Shown: piece after piece, positions 15,640-33,063 of the stretch
Numbering within the stretch: position 1 is the first letter of the stretch
Layout: every line of letters starts with the position of its first letter
Assembly: GCF_009914755.1 (NCBI RefSeq)
Contig: NC_060928.1
DNA length: 64,000 bases
Direction: 5' to 3' (one strand)
DNA from: the human T2T-CHM13v2.0 reference genome, Homo sapiens
Translations under genes and position numbers: made by a program
Notes under the pieces: generated by a model
Database searches by the model: none
The model's input: only the letters and a program-made list of their open reading frames with translations
Told to the model about the DNA's origin: nothing

Positions 15640-15890
15640 ATCACCTATGAAATAGAGATGGTGACTGTAGTTAACAGTGTATACATTTGCTTTACAATGT
15701 ATTTCAAAGTAACTAGAAGAGAGAACTGGTCATGTACCCAACACAAATGATAAATACTCGAGGTGATGGATACCGTAAGTATCCTGACTTTATGATAATT
15801 ACACGTTCTACGCATGTAACAAAATACCACATCTACCCCACTAATATGTACAAATATCAGTTTTTAGATGTTTTTAATTTTAAAAAATTA
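15640..15890 (+). mobile_element. L1MA-type 3' end
   Basis: ggtgactgtagttaaca...tatttcaaagtaactagaagagag...gaggtgatggatacc...cctgacttt-at-attacac matches the L1MA 3' UTR. Confidence 0.75.
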
Positions 15891-17249
15891 TGTAGATAAT
15901 CCAAGACATGCCAAATGTCCATATGCTTGGATTGAAAGTATTAACTTCTAGAAATGTCAAATCATGTTGAAAATTAGAAAATACTTCAAATGACAGTGAA
16001 TATTGTTACTTTAGCAACTGTACCCCTTAAACTCCAACTGCTTTTTAATATACTTTTTCCCATTGCATCTATCCCTATATATGTATGTGTGCATGTATGT
16101 ACACATGTTAACTGTAAAATGTATCTTCCCACTCCATAAGGGCAGCAATTTTTATCTTTCCCATACAACTACAAGGATGCCTGGCACAGTAAGAGATCAA
16201 CAATTTTTAAATAAATGGAAGCTGCATGTAAGACTTGGTAGGATGCAACTAAAGTGTTAGTTTATATGCTTTAATCATATACTGAAAATGATGATTTAAT
16301 GACAAACTCATCCAAGTAGAGATAGACGACAAAATACACCAAAAGAACTTGGAAGGAATTAATGGCATAAATTGATAATGGAATTTTCCCAACATGGTGT
16401 GCCTCAGCCACTTGGAAATAGCAAAATAATGCATAAAGATCCACTCCGTGAGAAAAAAAATAAAAAATCACGGAAATTCACGGGAATAGCAAAAGACACC
16501 CCAGATCCCGAGGAGGAGGAGGTGGACAGGTGGCCCCCATGATAGTCTCTGGCTGATAAAACTGACACTCCAGTACGTGAGGGGGCAGAGAGCCAGTTTC
16601 CGTGACTCACCTTTCCACTAGGGATCCGTGCAATCCAGGCCGAGGGAGAATAACTTGTTTCTCTCAAACCCTGGAGATAACTTGGAGAGAGGCGAAGAGA
16701 CAGAGAGACACCAGGAAAAGCTGCAGCCATTTTCCCGGACTTGGGACTGAGATGAGGACGCAATCTTTAACCCTGGCTTATACAAAGTCAGTCACTGGCC
16801 ACCTGGCAGCAGGGGCCACTGCAGGCATTTTAGTCGCTGGCTGGAGATTGGAGCACATGCTCTGAGCAGGAAATGGCCCACAAAGCCAGAATTGAGCAGT
16901 GAGTGTGGCGAGTGCCCCAGCACTAGGCGTTGGAATTGGGTTCCCTACCACCGCAAGACTGGAGGACTGCAGCGGCAGGAGAGTTACTGAAGCTGAGGTT
17001 TATCCTGGGTGGTGAAACGAAACCAGAGACAGCCTTGCAAGCTAGAATCAGTCTGCATGTGTCTGGGTACCCTATCCTGCTCCCTTGGTCAGTCGGAAGA
17101 GTGCCCCACCAGTTACAAGGAGTGGGAGGTGGACCCCACTCTGTCTTGCCTGGATTGGGAGCAATGGGTCAAATTCCTCTTTCCTTGCAAAGACATCAGT
17201 GTCAGGGGTGCATTCTCTGTGGTACACTCATAGTCCAACTCATTCAGAG

Positions 17250-18990
17250 TAACTTTAGCAGCCCAAGCCACATTTCCCTTCCTGTGCAGAGATTTTGGTG
17301 CAGTGGCACTCTCTCCACTCCAAACCCAGGCATATTCCCAGGCATTTGGAGCACCCACATTCCTTGATTAGCAGCCTGAGCTGCTCCTCCCTTTTCCTGG
17401 AAAGACCTTATTGCACCAGCAGTACCTCCACTCCTTGCCAGGGTACACGTTTTCAGCCATTCAGAGAACACATTAGCCTGGATTAGGAGACAGAGCTGCC
17501 CCTCCCTTACTGTGTAGAGAACTTGGTGCAGCGGGGCCCTCTTTGCCCCCACACCGAGGCATATCTTCAGGAATTTGGAGCACTGGCTCATCTGGATTAG
17601 CAGCCTGAGCTGCCCATCCCTTTCCCTGCAAAGACTTTGTTGTAGCAGCAGTTGTTCACTCTTCACCAGTGGACACATTTCCAGGCCATCGGGCATGTGC
17701 TCACCTAGATTAGGAGCCTGAGGTGCCCCTCCCTTCCTGTGCACAGATCTTGATACAGTGGTGCACTCTCTGCTCCATACCCAGATGTAACTCCAGACTT
17801 TCAGTGCACCTGCCCCCTGGAATAAGAGTTTAAGCCACCTTCCCATTCCGCACACAAAGAACTTGGTGCAACAGCACTCCCTCTGCTCTACTCCCAGATG
17901 TAACTCCAAGCATTTGGCACACCTACTCCCACGGATTAGGAGTTTGAGTCACCCCTGCTTTCCCTCTTGTGGTAGCAGTTTCTCTGCTCCTGCCCTGGGC
18001 TTATCTATATCTGGTTTTGTTACCAGTGGGAGGTATCTGAGTTACCGGCAACAAATCCATACAGGTCTGCAGCAACTTCAATTCTTGCATCCTCAGAAGA
18101 AAGAATTTGACTGACGGACATAAAGCAGAAAAAGAGACCAAGGCAAGTTCCAGAGCAGGAGTGGAAGTTTATTTAGAAAGGCTTTAGAACAGGAAGGAAA
18201 GGAAAGTTCACTTGGAAGAGACCCAAGTTGGCACCTGAAGGTCAAGTGTGACATTTAACTGTGATCCTACTTTATAGGCTCACCTCTTTCCCATGACTCT
18301 TCCCTTAGAATGGGCTGCTTGCATGCACAGCACCCTCCTTTTGCTTGGGAGGTGAACACATGCAGTGTGTTTAGGAAGTTGTATGTATGCCCATCTGAGG
18401 CTTTCTTCCTTTTTCCAGTGGAGTGCCCCTGGAACATCCTACTCTGCCATTTTATCTCTTAATATGCATGCCCTTCTGCTTCTCCCTGGCATCTGCATTC
18501 AGTTAACACTTCAGGGCAACAGGTGTGGACCATCAGGAAATGGCCTCTCACTGGCACCAGCTGCCAACATATCACTTTTAGATAGGCAATGCAATAATTG
18601 CCAAACCATCACCCAGCATTCCTAGTGGGTTTGCAGGAGATCCCTTTCCTGCCCCACTCATGCCTGTTTAACTACCTGTAACTGCTTGAGGCACACCTGC
18701 TTCCCCGAATTAGGAGGTTGAGCTACCCCTCCCATCCCCTGCAATGTCTTTGTTGCAGCAGCAGTTTCTCAGCTCCTTGCTGGGACATATTTCTAGGCAT
18801 TTGGCTCACCCACTCACCTGGATTAGGAGCCTGAGCCATCCCACCCCTTCAGGTGCACAGATCTTGGTTGCAGTCATGCTCTAACCACTCACTGCTTGGT
18901 CATATCTTCAGGCATTTGGAGCACCCACTCCTAGATTAGGAGGTTAGATTGCCCCTCTTTCCCATGCAGAGACCTTGGGTCAGTGGAGAT
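17250..18990 (+). repeat. ~113-bp diverged tandem monomer array (~10 units) in the L1 5' region, split by an LTR
   Basis: Anchor gattag(g/c)ag..tgagc.gcccctccc at ~17366, 17481, 17595, 17708, 17820, 17934, then ~18708, 18821, 18934. Confidence 0.88.
18018..18683 (-). mobile_element. ERV1-class solo LTR (MER50-like, subfamily uncertain)
   Basis: TGTTAC...GTAAC(t) termini, reverse AATAAA (tttatt ~18168), diverged 4-bp TSD gttt/gctt. Interrupts one monomer of the L1 array. Confidence 0.8.
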
Positions 18991-21294
18991 CCACCCACTG
19001 GAAACCCCCCACCCACTTGGAGCTGGTGCCTGTTGCTGCCATTGGAGAACCTGTAGGCAGGCCTGCCCAGTCTAGTCCCACCCATCTTTCCCCTTCTCCA
19101 GGTCTTATCAGGGAACTCAGACCACTGTACATTCCATAGCCCATGCCTGAGGCAACAGAGGGTTTCTCCCAGTAAAGAAGGATCAAGTATATACCCAACT
19201 GCATCAGCCACAACTGACTCTTACCATAAGCATCACCTACTGGCCTGGAGGTTAAATGGAATAACACAATAGGAAATCTGCTGACACAAGCATGCAACCC
19301 TGTGGAGAATAAGATAAGCTTCCTAACACCTCCTCCACCCCAGCCACACAGGAGCCAATGAGCCTGCTCATATGCCCAGTACCTTGCTGCTACAGTGTTT
19401 GGAAAAGCCACCATACAAAAACTATCTATAACCAGGCAACTTAGACTCTGCCACCAAAAGCACCCAGAACCAAAACCAAAGCACCCTACACAAAATACAT
19501 TATAGACATCCCTTCAAGGGAGAAACAAATCCTGTCCAAATGAAAGCAAGTTAAAAAAATATAAGGAGAGATAGCTTATCCAGTGAGAAAGAACCAGAGA
19601 AACAACACTGAAAGTAATTTAAACAAAACAAAACAAAACAAAAAGACCAACACCCTCAAAGGATTATGCTAACTCTCCAACAACAGATCCCAACCAAAAT
19701 GAACTCTTTGAAATACTAGATAAAGAACTCAAAGTACTCCAGCCTAGTGTGACACAGCAAGACCCTGTCTCAAAAAAAAAAAAAAAAAAAAAAAATCAAA
19801 GTAGATTTTTACAGAAGTTCAATGAGATTCAAGAGAAAGCTGAAAACCAACACAAAGAAATCAGAAAAACAATTCAGGATATGAAAGCTGAGACATCATT
19901 TTAAAAACCCAAACAGAACTTTAGGAAATGAGAAATTAATTGAAGGAATTACAAAATACAGTTGAAATCTTTAACAACAGTCTAGACCAAGTGGAAGAAA
20001 GAATTTGACAGCTGAAAGACAGGCCCTTCTAATTAGACTAAACAGACAAAAATTTAAAAGAATTTTTAAAAATAAGGCCTTCAAGAAATATGAGTCGTAG
20101 ATATTCCAGAAAAAAAAAAGAAAAAGTAAAAAGTATGGAAAACCTATTTGAGAAAATAATTCAAGAAAACTTCCCTAGCCATGGGAGACATTTAGACATC
20201 CAGATATAAGACACTCAGAGAACTCCTGGAAGATACATTGCCAGAAGAACTTCACCAAGGCATACAGTCATCAGACTATCCAAAGTTAACAAGAAGGAAA
20301 AAATTCTAAGACTGGCAAGAGAGAAAAGTCTAATCACCTATAAAGAAAATTCCATCATACTGATAGCAGATTTATCAGCAGAAACCCTACAAGCCAGAAG
20401 AGACTGGGGGCCTATTTTTAGCCTCCTTAAAGAAAAAAAAAAAATGCTAGCCAAGTATTTTATATCCTACCAAACCAAGTTTTATAAGTGAAGGAGAAAT
20501 AGTCTTTCCCAGACAAACAAATGCAAAGGAAATTTGTCATCAGTAGACCAGTCCTGCAAAAAATGCTCAAAGAAGTTCTAAACATGGAAACAAAAGGGCA
20601 ATATGCACCACCACAAAAGAACACGTAAGTACAAAACTCACAGATCCTATAAAGCAGTTACATAATTGAAACTCCATGGCAACTAGCTAACAACACTATG
20701 ACAGAAAAAAACCTCACATATCAATATTAACTTGGAATGTAAATGGACTAAATATTCCACTGAAAAGATGCAAAAGCAAGCAGAAATAGCCATTCTCATA
20801 TTAGAAAAAACAGACTTTAATCCAACAAAAGCAAAAAAAAAAAAAAAAAGACAAAGAGGGGCACTATATAATGCTGAAGTGTTCAAAACAACAAGAAGAT
20901 TTAACCTAATTAAATATATATGCATACAATACAGGAGCACCCAGCCTCATCAAGCAAATACTACTTGAACTAAGAAAACAATTTGATAGAAATACAATAA
21001 TAATGGGGGACTTCATCCCACTGACATCACTAGACAAATCATCAAGGCAGAAAATCAGCAAAGAATCTCTGGACTTAAACTGGACTGCAGACCTAATGGA
21101 CCTAATAGACATTTACAGAACATTCTATCCAACAACTGCAGAATATATATATACTTATCTGCATATGGAACATTTTCCAAAACTGACCATGTGCTGGGCC
21201 TTAAAGCAAGTCTCAGAAAAACAAAACAAAACAAAACAAACAGAGATCAAGTATCTTCTTGAACCACAGTGGAATAAAATTAGAAATCAATACC

Positions 21295-21875
<581 letters not shown>

Positions 21876-22219
21876 CTAAGACACAGTTTATAGTGTGAAA
21901 TGCCTACATCTTGACAGAAAGATCTCAAATAAAATTTAATGTTGAACCTCAAGGAACCTGAAAAACAAGAACAAACAAAACCCAAAGCTAGCAGAAGAAA
22001 ATAAATGGCAAATATCAGAGCAGAACTAAATGAGACTGAGACCAAAAAAATGATACAAAGGATCAACAAAACAAAAGCTGGTTCTTTGAAAGGATATGCA
22101 AAACTGACAGATGGTTAGCTAGACTAAGAAAAAAAGAGAGAAGATTCAAATTAGTATAGTCAGAAACGATAAAGGTGACATTACAACTGACACCACAGAA
22201 ACAGAAAAGATCACCAGAG

Positions 22220-22532
22220 GGCTGGATGTGGTGGCTCATGCCTGTAATCCTAGCACTATGGGAGGCCAAGGCACATGGATTGCCTGAGCTTAGGAGTTCG
22301 AGACCAGCCTGGGCAACATGGCAAAACCCTGTCTCTAAAAAAAAATACAAAAAAAAAAAAAAAAAATAGCCAGGCATGGTGATGCATGCCTTTAGTCCCA
22401 GCTACTTGGGGGTCTGGGGCAGGAGGATTACTTGAGCCCAGGAGGCAGAGGTTGCAGTGAGGCAAGATCTCACCACTGCACTCTAGCCTGGGTGACAAAG
22501 TGAGACCCTGACTCAAAAAAAAAAAAAAAAAA
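22220..22532 (+). mobile_element. Alu inside L1 ORF2
   Basis: Dimeric Alu with diverged TSD atca(c/t)cagag. Confidence 0.93.
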
Positions 22533-24216
22533 TCATCAGAGACTATGAACACCTCTCTGCACACAAAGCAGAAAACCCACAGGAAATGAATAAATTCCTG
22601 GCAACATACAACCTTCCAAGATTGAAGCAGGAAGAAAGAGACATCCTGAACCAGACCAGTAATGAATAATGAAATTGAATCAGTAATAACAAATCTCCCA
22701 ACAATAACAACAACAATGAAAAGCCCAAGACTAGAGAGATTCACCGCCAAGTTTTACTGACTGTACAAAGAAGAGCTGATACTGATCTTGCTGAAACTAT
22801 TTTGAAAAATCAAGGAAGAAGAATTTCTCCCTAACTTATTCTATGAAACCACTATCACCCTGATAGTAAAATCAGGCAAAGACAAAACAGAAAAAGGAAA
22901 CAATAGGCCAATAGCCCTGAAGAACACAGATGTGAAAATCCTCAATGAAAGAGTAGCAAACAGAATCCAGCTGCATATCAAAAAAATAATTCATCATGAT
23001 CAAGTAGGTTTTATTCCAGGAATGCAAGGATGGTTCAATATTTGCAAATCAATAAATGAGATTCACCATATAAACAGAACTAAAAACAAAAACCATATGC
23101 TCATATCAATAGATGCAGAAAAGGCACTCAATAAAATCCAACATCCCCTTATGATAAAACCCCTCAACACACTAGGCATCAGGGGAACACACCTCAAAAT
23201 AATAAGAGCCATGTTTTACAAACCCACAGCCAATATCATACTTAACAGGGAAAATTTGCAAACATTCCCTTTAAGAACTGAACCAGACAATGATATCCAC
23301 TATCACCACTGCTATTTAATATAGTACAGGAAATCCTGGACACAGCAATCAAGCAAGAGAAAGAAATAAAAAGACATCAAAATAGGAAAAGAGGAAATCA
23401 AATTATCTCTATTCACTGGCCATGATTACATATCTAGAAAACCCTAAAGATTCCTCCAAAAGACTCCTAGTCTTGATAAACAACTTAAGTAAAGTTTCAG
23501 GATACAAAATCAACATGTCAAAATCAGTAACATTTCTACACACTAACAATTTTGAAGCTGAGTGCCAAATCAAGAACACAATCCCATTTACAATAGACAC
23601 ACGCACACACAAATACCTCAGAGTACATCTAACCAAGGAGGTGAAGATCTCTACAAGGAGAACTACAAAACACTAATGAATGAATGAAATACATGACACA
23701 AATGGAAAAAATCCCATGCTCATGGATTGGAAGAATCAGTATCATTAAAATGACCATAGTGTCCAAAGCAATCTGCAGATTTAATGTAATCTCTATCAAA
23801 TTACTAACATCATTTTTTCACAAAATTGTAAAAAAAAAAAAAAAAAAAAAATCCTAAGTTCATATGGAACCAAAAAGAGGGCAAATAGCCAAAGAAATCC
23901 TAAGCCAAAAGAAAAAAGCCAGAGGAATCACATTGCCTGACTTCAAATTATACTATAAGGCTATAGTAACTAAAATAGCATGGTACTGGTACAAAAATAG
24001 ACACATAGATCAATGGAACAGAATAAAGGACCCAGAAACAAAGCCACATACCTATAATCAATTGATCTTTGACACAGTCAACACAAATTAATAATGGAGA
24101 AAGGACACCCTATTCAATAAATGGTGCTGGGAAAAATGGCTTGCCATGTGCAGAAGAATGAAACTGGACCCCTATTTCTCACCATATATAAAAATTAAGA
24201 TGGACTGAAGACTTAA

Positions 24217-24574
<358 letters not shown>

Positions 24575-25559
24575 TAGAAGAAAACCTAGGAGAAAAACAT
24601 TGGCCTAAACATTCTGGACATTAGCCTAGGCAAAGAATTTATGATGAAGACCTGAAAGCAAATGGAACAAAATTTTTACAAATAGACAAATGAGATTTAA
24701 TTAAACAAAAGAGCTTCTACACAGGAAAAAATCAACAGAGCAGACAGACAACCTACAAAATGGGAGAAAACATTTGTATTATGCCTCCAGCAAAGGACTA
24801 ATATTCAGAATGTGTAAGGAACTTAAATCAACAAGAAAAAAAATACCATTAAAAAGTGGGCAAAGGACATGAGCAGACACTTCTCAAAAAAGACATACAA
24901 GTAACCAACAAACATAAAAAATGCTCAACATCACTAGTCATCAGGAAATACAAATTAAAACCACAATGAGATACCATCTCATATCAGTCAGAATGGCTAT
25001 TACTAAAAAGTCAAAATATAACAGATGTTGGAGAGGATGCAGAGAAAAGGAAAGGCTTATACACTATTGATGGGCATAAAATAGTTTAACCTCTATGGAA
25101 AACAGCATGGAGATTTCTCAAAGAACTAAAAATAGAACTACCCTTCAATCTAGCAATCCCACTACTGGGTATCTACCCAAAGGAAAGGAAATCATTGTAT
25201 AAAAAAAAAAAAGACACCTGTACTCACATGTTCATCTGGCACTATTCACAATAGCAAAGTCATAGAACTGCCCTAAGTGTCAATCAATGATTGACTGGAT
25301 AAGTAAAATGTGGTATATATACACCATGGAATACTAATGCAGCCATAACAAAGAATGAAATCAAGTCCTTTGAAGCAACATAGATGAAGCTGGAAGCCAT
25401 TATCTTAAGTGAACTAACTCAGAAACAGAAAACCAAATAACACATTTTCTCACTTATAAGTGGGAGCTAAATATATGGACATAAGGATGTAAATAATAGA
25501 CACTGGGGACTCCAGAAGGGGAGAGGGTGGGAGATGGGGAGGACTGAAAAATAACCTAT

Positions 25560-26188
25560 TGATATAGGAGCTAAAAGGGAGTTATTTAGGCAGTTAGTAA
25601 GGGTAGAAGAGATCTCAGTGGAATTTTCTTTTAATAAAAAAGCAGCCCCCAAATCATTTCTTTTCTAACAAAAAGCAGCCTTTTTAAAAAGTCAAGCTGC
25701 AAGCATAGATAAGCAAGGTGGAAGCTTGCATAGGTGAATGCCTGCAGCTGTGCCAACAGAAAAGGGATACCTGAAAGCCAGGTATATTCAACATGGAGGT
25801 TTTCTCCTCCTTTTTCTTTGTCACCACGTGTGCAAGTGTCATGGCACCAGCCAGGCAGAGACCCTATCTGCATAGTAAAAGATTAGGGTGGGAAGGCCAG
25901 CTGCCTCACATTCTATGTAAATAGCACACCTGGTCCAACCAATCCTCTGGACCCTATATAAATCAAATACTGCCTCCTGAAGCTCATCTATAAAACCAAC
26001 CACATTTTGCCCCAAACTCAGAAACCCACTTGGGCCCCCTTCCTCTGCATGAGGAAGCTGTCTCTTCTTTCTTTCATGTATTAAACTTTCCACTGTTAAA
26101 GCCACTTTGTGTGTGTCTGCATCTTCAATTTCCTTAGCGTGAAACAACGAACTTCAGGTATTTCCCCCAGATAAACAATGCCACTTCA
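25560..26188 (+). mobile_element. ERV1-class solo LTR (LTR9/MER61-like) in the L1 3' UTR
   Basis: TGATA...TTCA termini, ctataaaa TATA-like ~25988, attaaa ~26080, diverged TSD ctat/ttat. The L1 3' UTR (aataacctat|caggtacaatgttcact) rejoins across it. Confidence 0.85.
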
Positions 26189-26228
26189 TTATCAGGTACA
26201 ATGTTCACTATTCAAGTAATGGGTATAA

Positions 26229-26593
<365 letters not shown>

Positions 26594-27485
26594 TAAAATA
26601 AAATTTAAAAAAAAATAATAATAATAATATATATGTATTTTAAAAAACAGACAAGCCTCTAGCAAATTTGATGAAGGTAAGTACACATATAAGCATTAAA
26701 GAAATTGATTTTGAGTTTAAAATCTACCTATTAAAAATATACCATTCCCTTATAGTTTTAACAAACAAATATTCTAGGAATAAATAAGTCCTTTTGAACT
26801 TAAAATGCTATAGAAACTTGGAAAAGAATACTTCCCAACTCCTCATATAAAGCCAGTTTCATTGTATACTCTTGATATCAAACCAGAAAAGTTTGGTATA
26901 AATAACAAAAGTATTTTTCTAAACTTGCTCATGAACATAGACATAATAAATTATAAATTTCTAAATTCTAGCAAACCGAATTCACTAATATATAAAAAGT
27001 ATACTATCAAATTGGTGGTATCCCCAGAATGCAAGGATGGTTTATTGTTAAAAAATCTACATCATTCCCCATATCAACAGACTAACGAAGGAAAACATAT
27101 ATTATTATAATAACAAATACTGAAAAACTATTTGATTACTCTTTTATGATTTTAAAATAGTTTTATACCACTCCTTAGTCTAAACCACCACCATCTCTCA
27201 CCTACATGATTATTACAATGCACTAACTGGCCTTCCTAACATCTATTCCCAATATGGAATTCAAATTTGATGTTTTCAAAACTTTCATCAGATACATGCT
27301 GCTTTTCTGGTTAGAACACTCCATGGCTTCCCATAGCACTCAAAATAAAATCCAAAGTCTTTACCATAACCTGTAAGGTCTACATGATTTGTACCATTAA
27401 CTCTTTGACCTCACCTTTTACTTCTTTCCTCCTTGATCACAAAGCCCCAATACGATGGCCATCTTTTGTTTTAAGAGAGTTGTAG

Positions 27486-27842
<357 letters not shown>

Positions 27843-28593
27843 TTAATGGCTGATTTTCAATGTAAATGATGAACTCCAAGAGACAAAAGAATGAAATGTC
27901 CACTACTTCAAGTAGTGAAGAAAAAGGGAAAATATCTATTAACCTAGAATTCTATACCCAGTGAAAATACCCTTCAGAAATGAACACAAAATACTCTCTC
28001 ATATAAAAACTCTTTGGTTCTTACCAAATATGCACCAAAAATAATACTAATAGGGAATTCTTCAAACAGAAGGAAAATGCAAGAAAAAGACTACACCAGA
28101 AAACACAAATAAATATGAGAGTAAATCTAAATGAATATTAAACATATTAGTTATTGATCACAATATGAGAACTATAATTCATGACAACAAATAATGTTCT
28201 AAAAAGTACCTAACCAAAACCAGTTCCTATACTCTGGTTTCTCTTCAGATCACATAAATCTTTCGCCTTTTACCAAAACCAGATCCTGAGTTGAAAAGCA
28301 CATTTTATCTCAGATGGTTGTCTTCCTTGGCAGCAACAAAAATAAAATGCTACTAAACTAGTTTGAGACAGTTGCCATATATGTTTACATACTTACAGAC
28401 ATATATCCACACATAGACATATATCCACACAGGTGTGTGTATACTTGTATATATACACAAGCCTGTTAAAATTTAATTCCATATGTATCACAGTTATAAT
28501 GCTATCTCCCACTATAGATGCTTTTTTAAAAAATCATGTTCTTGAATTTCTAATACTTTTGTGTATTTAACCACTATAGTTTTTGGTTCAAAG

Positions 28594-29675
<1,082 letters not shown>

Positions 29676-29774
29676 AAGGGATTTATAAGATCTTTTTAAT
29701 CAGTTGTGACTTCTATCATTATGTAACATCCTTTTTTATGCTTGTTATTCCTTTTAACTTTAAATTCCTCCTTA

Positions 29775-30402
29775 CTTGGTAATGAGGAGTCTGGTTCCAG
29801 GCCAAATTCCTGTGTGTGACACTTCAAGTCCAACCACAAGTTTTGCTTAGGAGGCCTCATGGGGGAAAACTGCCCTACCCACATCAGATTTGATGCACAG
29901 TCAATGCACTGTAGTCTCTGGACAGCTGCAGACAAGTACTCAGCTCCCAACCCCTGCCTAGGGCCATCATTGCTTATACATTCAGCAGGCTTAATCCAGG
30001 TGCCTCCACTCAGAGACCTCCTTAAAAGGTGGGTGCCTCCACGGAGATGTCCTTGTAAGGGGCCCCTGACTAAGACACTTTTCCCCTTTGACCCAGTACT
30101 TTTCCACTGCTAGCCCTTCCCTTTTCCTCCCTGTAGACCTAGCGTAGGTCCATAAATGGCAGAAGCCTTTTGTTCAGTGCTTTTCAGCAGTGAGGCATTC
30201 TCTACCCACCCACCTGCCTTGCCTGTCATCGGACTGGCCCTCACCCAATGCCATTGCATGGAGTGAAATGAAACACTGAGGAGCTGGCACTTTTTCTTTG
30301 TCTGTTGCCTGAACTATCGTAGCAAGTGAATAAACTTTTGAAGGCTACTTTCAGTTTGGATCACTGTCCTCATTAACCACCTTGACATCAGACAGCTTGA
30401 CA
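29775..30402 (+). mobile_element. Probable old ERV LTR (family uncertain)
   Basis: GC-richer 630-bp block with cataaa TATA-like ~30151, AATAAA ~30329 and a ...gaca end. Confidence 0.5.
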
Positions 30403-30796
30403 GATAATCATTCTTCCACTTCCTCTTTATTAATTTTCACTGGCCTAGTATTTTAAGTAATTTCTTTTATAAAGCATTAATATCCACATTCCAGGAAAAA
30501 AATCCTCATAAAGGGGGAAGAACAAAAGAGGCCTATTCACCATGCAAATGAAAACAAACAAACAACAACAAGAAAACATTCCTAGAACCTTCACACAGTA
30601 ACTGTGACACATGTGCTTTGCCCAGAACTTAGTGTCAAGGCTACCTGTATCTGCAAAGTAAGCTCAAAAATTTAGTTTCTCACCTTGTATGTTACTTTTC
30701 CTCAAAAAATTGGGATTCTGTTAAAAAGGAAGGAATGATGTATATGGAATGGAATCAAACTGACAATAATTAGGACATACAGGAAAACCACTATTC

Positions 30797-33063
30797 AAAG
30801 AACACCCAGAAAATGCATTGCAAAAAGATCATTATCTAGGCACATAGTCATCAAGTTGTCTAAAGTCAAGATGAAGGAAAGAATCTTAAGATCCGTGGGA
30901 AAATAGCATCAGGTAACTTATAAAGGAAAACTTATCAGATTAACAGCAGATTAATCAGCAGAAACCCAAAAGCTAGAAGGGACTGGGGTTCCTATCTTTT
31001 AGCCTCCTTATACAAAACAATTAGCAGCCAATAATTTTGTATCCAGCAAAACTAGGCTTCATAAGTGAAGGAAAAATAAAGTATTTTCCAGACAAATAAA
31101 TGCTGAGAGAATTTGCCACTACCAAACCAGCCCTACAAGAACTGCTAAAAAGAGCTCTAAATTTTGACACAAATCCCCAAAATATACCAAAATAGAATCT
31201 CTTTAAAGCATAAATCTCACAGAACCTACAAAACAACAACACAATGAAAAAAAAAAAGATATATAGGCAACAACTAGCACAATGAATACAATAGTACCTC
31301 ACATCTCAACACTAACATTGAATGTAAATGGCCTAAATGCTCTACTTAATAGATACAAAATTGCAGAATGGGTAAGAATTCACCAACCAAGTATCTGCTC
31401 CCTTCAAGAGATTCACCTAATACATAAGGACTCACATAAACTTTAGTTAAAGGAGTGGAAAAAGATATTCTATGCAAATGGACATCACAAGTGAGCAGGA
31501 ATAGCTACTCTTATATTAGACAAAACAAACTTTAAAGCAACAGCAGTTAAAAAAGACAAAGAGGGACATTATATAATGATAAAAGGACTAGTCCAACAGG
31601 AAAATATCACAATCCTAAATATATATGCACCTAACACTGGAACTACCAAATTTATAAAACAATTACTACTAGACCCAAGAAATGAGATAGATGGCAACAC
31701 AGTAATAGTGGGGGACTCTAATACTCCACTGACTGGACTAGACAGGTCATCAAGACAGAAAGTAAACAAAGAAACAATGAACTTAAACTATACCCTCAAA
31801 CAAATGTACTTAACGATATTTACAAAACATTCTACCTAACAACTGCAGAATATGCATTCTATTCAACAGTACGTGGAACATTCTCCAAGATAGGCCATAT
31901 GATAGGCCACAAAACAAGTCTCAACAAATTTAATTTAAATTATAGCAAGTACTCTGTCAGATCACAGTAGAATAAAATTGGAAATCATCTCCAAAAGGAA
32001 CCCGCAAAACCATTCAAATACATGGAAATTAAATAACCTCTTATGAATGACTGTTGGGTCAACAATAAAATTAAGACAGAAATTGAAAAATTATTTGAAT
32101 TGAACAATAACAGTGACATAACCTATCAAAACCACTGGGATACAGTAAAGGTGGTGCTAAGAGGAAAGTTCATAGCATTGCATGCCTACATCAGAAAGTC
32201 TGAAAGAGCACAAATAGACACTCTAAGGTCACACTTCAGGAGCCAGAGAAACAAGAACAAACCAAACCCAAACCCAGCAGAAGAAAAGAAACAACCAAGA
32301 TCAGACCAAAACTAAATGAACTTGAAACCCCTCCCCCGCAAAATACAAAAGATACATGAAACAAAAAGCTGGTTCTTTAAAAGATAAATAAAATCGATAG
32401 GCCATTAGCAAGATTAACCAAGAAAAGAGAGAAGATGCAAATAAGATCAATTAGAAACAAAATGGGAGATACTACAACCAATATCACAAAAATACAAAAG
32501 ATCATTCAAGGCTACTATGAACATCTTTATGCACATAAACTAGAAAACCTCGAGGAGATGGATAAATTCCTGGAAATGTACAACCCTCCTAGATTAAACC
32601 AGGAAGAAACAGAAACTCTGAACAGACCAATAATCTCACTGTTATTGAAGTGAGATTGAAATGCTAATTAAAAACTTGCCAACAAAAAAAGTCCATGACC
32701 AGATGGATTCACAGCTGAATTCTATCAGATATTCCAAGGAGAACTGGTATCAATCCTAATGACACTATTCCAAAAGACAGAGGAAGAGGGAATTCTCCCT
32801 AAACCATTCTATGAACCCAGTATCACCCTAATACCAAGACCAGGAAAAGACATGACAAAAAAAAAAAACTACAGACCAATATCCCTGATGAACACAGATG
32901 CAAAAATCCTCAACAAAATAAACGCTAACAGAGTCCAATGGCATATCAAACAGATAATCCACTACGATCAAGTGGGTTTCATACCAGGAATGCAGGGATG
33001 ATTTAATATCCACAATTCAATAAATGTGATACACCACATAAACAGAATTAAAAACGAAAGTCA
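30797..33063 (+). mobile_element. L1PB-like element, 5' part (end of ORF1 to mid ORF2)
   Basis: Degraded ORF1/ORF2 fragments (ORF track 31576, 32043, 32435, 32759). Stops at ...agaattaaaaacgaaagtca. Confidence 0.9.

Noticed and set aside
17244-17909. 221-aa minus-strand ORF as a novel gene
   Set aside because: It is the antisense reading of the L1 tandem array, with no splice, promoter or domain support.
17250-18990. CRISPR-like repeat array
   Set aside because: Whole units are homologous and diverged with no unique spacers, there are no cas genes, and the context is a primate L1.
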